DNA of 32,000 nt from the NCBI GenBank assembly GCA_951812855.1, contig OX638337.1, positions 1,320,001 through 1,352,000 on the forward strand, given 5' to 3'. The translations under genes were made by a program, and so were the position numbers. Origin of the DNA: an uncultured Lentisphaeria bacterium (GTDB taxonomy: Bacteria; Verrucomicrobiota; Lentisphaeria; JABSQK01; JAJFLO01). Under the pieces are notes generated by a model that was not told the origin of the DNA, did not search any database, and saw only the letters and a program-made list of their open reading frames with translations. Positions 28,001 to 32,000 of the stretch are shown here, piece by piece; the stretch's first letter is position 1; every line of letters begins with the position of its first letter.

Positions 28001-28215
28001 GCTTCTTCAATACGAATTACAACACCTTCCTCCGACTCTTCAGGTGTTGATCCGAGATAGGGTACAGCAATCTGTACGATGTCCAGATCAATCTGAGGGA
28101 ATACCTCAAGGACAATTCGGTTTTTTAACGCAAGTATGCCCCATAACAGAATAAATCCCATGAGCAGATTTGCTGCAACATCATTTTTCGTGAACCATCT
28201 AATTAAGCCATGCAT
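25099..28215 (-). CDS. RND-family efflux transporter permease (AcrB/AcrD/AcrF type)
   Basis: 1038 aa with 12-TM RND architecture. N-terminus is FTKNDVAANLLM...L...FPQIDLDIV.I.V.Y.G..PEE.E. Duplicated VVDDAIV / VVNDSLVLVDF motifs in the TM4/TM10 regions. Confidence 0.95.
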   Translation of the reverse strand: MHGLIRWFTKNDVAANLLMGFILLWGILALKNRIVLEVFPQIDLDIVQIAVPYLGSTPEESEEGVVIRIEEAIQDLTGIKEIRSRAMEGAGIVDVEISKGYDPRELLDDIKNRVDGISTFPDEIEAPKFSVLQINREVISIVIAGSLSEKELRKLGERVRDDVSALPGITQVELTEVRNYEISIEIAENTLNEYGLSFSKIAGIVHKSSLDLPAGSIKSDRGEILLRTKSQAYTKEDFEKIPIISRDDGSYVTLGDIATIRDDFEEDQLVARYNGKPCVMIDVYRVGDQNAIAISKAVKNYIKSDQETMPEGVEMSYWRDRSRIIKSRLNTLSRSALQGSLLVFLVLAIFLRFKVALWVCIGIPVSFMGAIGLMPDLGVTVNIVSVFAFILVLGIVVDDAIVTGENIFTRLKTISDPTEAAITGTQEISIPVTFGILTTVAAFLPMMFMGGIRGELYAQIAMIVIPVLLFSLIESKLILPAHLKHMRIKNGDEDSNNIFNHMQQKASAGLISFIDRYYQPLLERALNRRILTLSIFLGVTVIFFTIVYSGHMRFLPFPRVPSEVARAYLKMPLGTPFHVTKDRIDQITKAAEELQQEYIDPKTSRSVIENILSTTGSSLGKSGDPNQGRVMFEISPPEERTINVTSYELVREWRKRIGTLIGVKELNFRAEIHRGGDPINVRLSGQNFDKISKISEKIKTRLREYPGIFDITDTYDEGKEEIKLFIKPQAHLLGLSSSDLGHQVRDSFYGHEIQRIQRGRDEIKVMVRYPREERQSVKHLDSMTIRTESGTEVPFSDVAKAQIGQGFSTIQRIDRNRTLNISADINKEAVDIRTVYSDLRIFLEKIIRENPGVQYSFEGEAKEERESFDGLFTGAIFASFGIYSLLAIPFRSYIQPFIVMSVIPFGLVGAILGHMIMRLPLSIFSIFGMLALSGVVVNDSLVLVDFINRKRRNGVDIMEAVKTSGAARFRAILLTSLTTFAGLTPLLLEKSTQAQFLIPMAVSLGFGVLFATFVTLILVPVNYLLLDDILKITSFKKE

Positions 28216-28387
28216 TCGTTTACCTTACCAATTTTTCTCATAATCTTAAATCCGTTCCTGTTCAATATATTACGTCATATTTCCTGCAAACTATGTTTTT
28301 AGTTCCGTAAATCATATGATGGAATATTCAAGATCACAGGAATGATATTTCATATCTTCATTTTTTAATTAGGAAAATACTCCAGGG

Positions 28388-29611
28388 TCAGGATATCAGC
28401 GGGATTGAACTCTTAAACAGGGTTGCTGTCCCTTCGATCTTATACTGGTTGAGACTTGCGGGTATCACGACAGAATCACCTTTTGAAAGTTGTAGGATTG
28501 AATTATCTGATAAATCAGTCAAATCTGCAAACCCTGAAGTACAAATGATAATTTCTACATTTCTGCTGATATGACTCAAGTATGGTTTTTCCTGAATGAT
28601 ATTGATGACAGATAATTGAAATTCTTTCGCTGAAGTTTCATAGATGCGTTCAGTATCCGAAATGCTTTCAGGATTAATGATGTTAACGGGAGTTTCATCG
28701 AAATTAAGAATTGTCAGCAACTCGTCGATATCGATATGTTTTGAAGTTAGACCGCCTCGAATGACATTGTCCGAATTAGCCATTAGCTCAATGCCAAATC
28801 CGTGAAGATAAGCATGGAGTTGTCCCGGTTGAAGGCACATTGCATCTCCCGGCTCCAGGCAAACCATATTTAATAACAATGCGGATAAAATGCCGACATC
28901 ACCGGGATATAATTTGTCAAACTTGATTAACCATTCGTACAGCGGATCATGATTGATATTGAATTGAGCATAGTTGAGTATCTCCTTAACCATTTCAATT
29001 CGATTCTCTGAGTCCATATGAAAAATTTTCTCCAAAAATATTTTTAATCCCTGTGAGTTCGGCTCATTAATCAATGATTGACTAAAAACACTTAAAAGCG
29101 GTGACTTTATTGTGCTCAATATTTCAATTATTTCCGGGATTGGCCGAAACCCATTTAATGCCCAGAATGTCGATAAAGCACAAATTATCTCAGGTTTATG
29201 GTTTTCATCTTTGTAGTTTCGTGTCGGAGATGAGATGGGAATATCCGCATTGTTTTCACGTAGATAACCAACCCTTGCCTGGTCTATTGTTGGATGAGCC
29301 TGGATTGATAGAGGCTGGTCAGCGGCCAGTACTTTGAACAGAAAGGGCAAGGTATTATTAAATTGATTTGCAACGGCAGAACCTAATATTTCAGCTGGAT
29401 TTTCCTCTATAATATCTAAAAGAGATACACTCTGCCCATTAACAATTACGTTTGACGGTGCCTTCGGATGAGCACCCATCCAAAGTTCAGCCATTGGTTT
29501 TGGGATATGAGACGGGCGTCCCAGAAATTCTGACAGTTCAGTTATTGAACCCCAGCTGTATTCCTGGATGGTATTATATAAAATTCCGGATTTTTTCATT
29601 AGAAGCATCAA
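28388..29611 (-). CDS. manA: Mannose-6-phosphate isomerase, class I
   Basis: YSWGS, ELWMGAHPKAPS, LSIQAHP, HAYLHGFGIELMANSDNVIRGGLTSKHIDIDELL. The exact start is uncertain (alternative ATG at 29599). Confidence 0.9.
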   Translation of the reverse strand: MMLLMKKSGILYNTIQEYSWGSITELSEFLGRPSHIPKPMAELWMGAHPKAPSNVIVNGQSVSLLDIIEENPAEILGSAVANQFNNTLPFLFKVLAADQPLSIQAHPTIDQARVGYLRENNADIPISSPTRNYKDENHKPEIICALSTFWALNGFRPIPEIIEILSTIKSPLLSVFSQSLINEPNSQGLKIFLEKIFHMDSENRIEMVKEILNYAQFNINHDPLYEWLIKFDKLYPGDVGILSALLLNMVCLEPGDAMCLQPGQLHAYLHGFGIELMANSDNVIRGGLTSKHIDIDELLTILNFDETPVNIINPESISDTERIYETSAKEFQLSVINIIQEKPYLSHISRNVEIIICTSGFADLTDLSDNSILQLSKGDSVVIPASLNQYKIEGTATLFKSSIPLIS

Positions 29612-29709
29612 TTTTTTTTTATATAATTAAACGGCAATGATTCATCTTCAATAGTATTGTAAGGGCTTTTATTAAATATAAATTACATCTCTTTTGAGGA
29701 GTGAAATTA

Positions 29710-30321
29710 ATGAATATTACCTATTTGATTTATGGTTTAATTCCGATTATATCGGCGATGATCGGCTGGATTACCAATTATATTGCAGTAAAAATGATTT
29801 TTCGCCCGAGAATCCCAATAAATATTTTAGGATTTCAGATTCCGGGACTAATTCCGGGACGTCAATTAGAACTTGCTGAAAATCTTGGAAGCCTTGTGGA
29901 AAAAGAACTGGTTTCACATAAAGATATTCAAGCCATTTTAGAAAGTGAAGAAGTTAGACATGAAATTAGAAATATGATAGAAAATCAAGTTGACAAATTT
30001 ATGGCGGATAAACTTGGATCACTTCCCATGGTATCAATGTTTTTACAAGGGGATCTTGCTCAACAGATAAAGCAAATGTTAGTCGATCAATTAGACGAAG
30101 TTATTCCTGAATTTGTAGAAACAAGCATAACCCAGATAGAAAAACAATTAGATTTTAAAGAAATTGTAAAACAGAAAGTAGAAAATTTTGATCACGAAAA
30201 ACTTGAAGAGATTGTATTTAGAATAGCAGATAAAGAACTAAAAACGATTGAAATTCTCGGTGCAATTTTAGGTTTTTTTATTGGAAGCGTTCAGGTCGCA
30301 ATTCTAATCGTATTCAGGTAA
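29710..30321 (+). CDS. DUF445-family membrane protein
   Basis: IGWITNYIAVKMIFRP motif, with one N-terminal and one C-terminal TM segment. GAGGAG Shine-Dalgarno site at 29696-29701 favours ATG 29710 over the ORF-track GTG 29701. Confidence 0.75.
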   Translation: MNITYLIYGLIPIISAMIGWITNYIAVKMIFRPRIPINILGFQIPGLIPGRQLELAENLGSLVEKELVSHKDIQAILESEEVRHEIRNMIENQVDKFMADKLGSLPMVSMFLQGDLAQQIKQMLVDQLDEVIPEFVETSITQIEKQLDFKEIVKQKVENFDHEKLEEIVFRIADKELKTIEILGAILGFFIGSVQVAILIVFR

Positions 30322-30392
30322 GCTGTTACTTTCGTATTAAACCGTTTATGTCCTTCTGCTTAATCTAAATGCAGAATAGCCGCATTCAATCA

Positions 30393-31070
30393 TCAAGCCC
30401 GGGTCCGATGCTTTTTTAAGCAATAAATGTTATCCCGGGCTCGAGAATTAACAGAATTATGATCACGCCGATAACCCAGAATTTCCTTTTGATTTTTTAG
30501 AACATCTGAAACAAATGATTTAGAGCCGACAGCAACACCCCCGGCAAAAAATCTAACCCGGAGCATCATTTGATTTGACCATTGGAGCTTTAATCGCATA
30601 TCTGCCAGTTCAGGCAATTCACCGATTATAGCCATACCAACCTCACGGTTTTTTGAAGCATGACCTAAAAGATAATCTCTGAATCGATCCCAAATTCAAT
30701 TAAGTACCAGTTTATCGTTACCTTTCAACGAATTTTCCGGTAATCCGAGTTCGCTTACTAAAAAAGAACGATTTCCCGGTCATCTTCCTGCAGCTTACCT
30801 AATGCCATACGTTCAGCATACCCACTTCATTTATAATCTTCAGGTTCAATTACTATCTCTGCCCGTACCGGATTTAAGGTGAGAGATATAGTCTGTCATC
30901 CTGGCGATTGCACAGTTTTCATCAACATTTTCAAAGTGGCAGATAGCTTGCGTAACACTATGAACCTCGCGACTCGACATGGCAGTGCCTCGGCTGAACA
31001 ACTGACATCCGCCGTTCGGGATTCATGCACAGGCCAACGAGAAAATCGTCTCCTGCTTTGCCATGCCAGT
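30393..31070 (-). pseudogene. REP-associated tyrosine transposase (RayT / IS200-like Y1, COG1943-type) gene remnant
   Basis: Minus-strand translation TISLTLNPVRAEIVIEPEDYK*SGYAERMAL (30830-30877 plus TGA at 30827-30829), cf YIHLNPVRAGLV..PEDYPWSSY. The C-terminal piece reads ...LRVRFFAGGVAVGSKSFVSDV (ORF 30393-30635). The 5' half is heavily degraded across several frames. Confidence 0.55.
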
Positions 31071-31071
31071 A

Positions 31072-31545
31072 TTAATTGCTGGAGCGTACAAAAATGGCGT
31101 TTTCAATACGCTCAAAAGCATTTTGGTAAATAGTAGCTTCCAACACGGGTGTATCCTGCTGGTCAGATTGACCATAATAGGATGATTTTTTATTGGTGTT
31201 TACAAAATTAAACCGGACTTTTGTAATGCTGCCAATTTCTTCTACGAAAGCGGTTGCTTTCGTTTGCGATACATCTGTTATGCCAAGCCAAAATTTTGAA
31301 GAGGCATCACTGCTGGAAGCACTATATGCCGTAATTAAACCAGTGTCTTTATCTGCACTGGCTACAGTATAGCCTAGATCTTGAAATACGGATATAACGC
31401 TAGGAAAAACTATATCTTTGCGGTGTTCATATTCGCGAGTCTGCATAATCTGTATTTCAAGAGGGGTCATAGTAAGCGGCCCTTGCGTTACACAGCCTGT
31501 TAGAAACACAAACAGAAATATAGTGACTAACTTTAAAGTTTTCAT
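31072..31545 (-). CDS. Putative lipoprotein, unknown function
   Basis: MKTLKLVTIFLFVFLTGC has a lipobox (LTGC). AAGGAG Shine-Dalgarno site upstream. 157 aa. Confidence 0.75.
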   Translation of the reverse strand: MKTLKLVTIFLFVFLTGCVTQGPLTMTPLEIQIMQTREYEHRKDIVFPSVISVFQDLGYTVASADKDTGLITAYSASSSDASSKFWLGITDVSQTKATAFVEEIGSITKVRFNFVNTNKKSSYYGQSDQQDTPVLEATIYQNAFERIENAIFVRSSN

Positions 31546-31556
31546 TTCTTATCTCC

Positions 31557-31955
31557 TTAAAAATTTGAGGTTCTACTCTTAAAATCGGTAACGACATCTT
31601 GATCATCAAATTTGATGATCAGCGTAATCATTCTTGAACTGCTTTCAAAACCAGCAGCAGAACCAGACTGCCCAGCTAATATGACAGTCCAATAGCCGGA
31701 TTTACTAGAAGATTGAGCAATTTGAGCCTGGCGTTGGTACGTCCATACTTCCCTTCCCGCTCCATCTCTCGTAGTGATATTGGGCGAACCAAATTTTTCA
31801 AGGACATCTGCTTTGGTCGTTTGACCCACCTCAAGATTCATTTGAACATTCCCTTGTGTAAGAGCAGAGTTTTTATCACTTACAGGCGAAGGCGTCGTAA
31901 CGCAGGCTGTCATAAGTAATGACAGCAAAAGAATGCCAACTATTTTTAATTTCAT
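31557..31955 (-). CDS. Putative lipoprotein with BamE/SmpA-OmlA-like segment
   Basis: MKLKIVGILLLSLLMTAC lipobox. GQTTKADVLEKFGSP resembles the BamE-like fold signature. The ORF track begins 5 codons earlier (31970), at a duplicated SD-ATG unit. Confidence 0.7.
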   Translation of the reverse strand: MKLKIVGILLLSLLMTACVTTPSPVSDKNSALTQGNVQMNLEVGQTTKADVLEKFGSPNITTRDGAGREVWTYQRQAQIAQSSSKSGYWTVILAGQSGSAAGFESSSRMITLIIKFDDQDVVTDFKSRTSNF

Positions 31956-32000
31956 AATTTCTCCTTGCATAATTTCTCCCTGGTTGATTTAAATACTGGC

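Noticed and set aside
30827-30829. TGA at a conserved Trp position, which could indicate genetic code 4 (TGA=Trp)
   Set aside because: TGA clearly terminates several well-conserved genes here at their expected lengths (rplU, HIT, cdsA, the HMGR-like gene, the epimerase). The surrounding gene is also frameshifted. This is a nonsense mutation in a pseudogene.
30879-31133. 84-aa plus-strand ORF
   Set aside because: It is antisense to the RayT-like remnant and overlaps the 3' end of the lipoprotein gene. It has no SD site and no recognisable motifs.

Overview
AT-rich bacterial chromosomal window with tightly packed genes, many led by Shine-Dalgarno sites. Housekeeping genes (rplU, pcnB-like, folD, purA, cdsA, mutS, manA) are interleaved with accessory and decayed material. 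The accessory content is: (1) a compact class-I-like HMG-CoA reductase translationally coupled (ATGA overlap) to a type-2 IPP isomerase; (2) a divergently transcribed Zc3h12a/Regnase-like NYN RNase with a duplicated N-terminal peptide motif and an RKRKRK patch; (3) a 1086-aa DUF349 repeat protein upstream of mutS; (4) an 803-aa secreted beta-helix / Ig-like surface protein behind an ~860-bp non-coding leader carrying a G8-A-G5 tract; (5) an RND pump with no partner genes nearby. There are also four gene remnants: an IS1595-like transposase, the 3' part of a GT1 glycosyltransferase, the 3' part of an FtsX-type permease, and a RayT/IS200-like Y1 transposase. The most unusual structural signal is a 29-bp GC-rich inverted repeat (26/29 identical) at 12616-12644 and 23697-23725. 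It brackets about 11.1 kb, and its right copy sits about 10 bp upstream of where the glycosyltransferase homology begins. A Minf_1886-like gene suggests a PVC-superphylum-like host, but this is inference only. I saw no rRNA, tRNA or CRISPR array. All homology calls come from reading the translations by eye; no searches were run.
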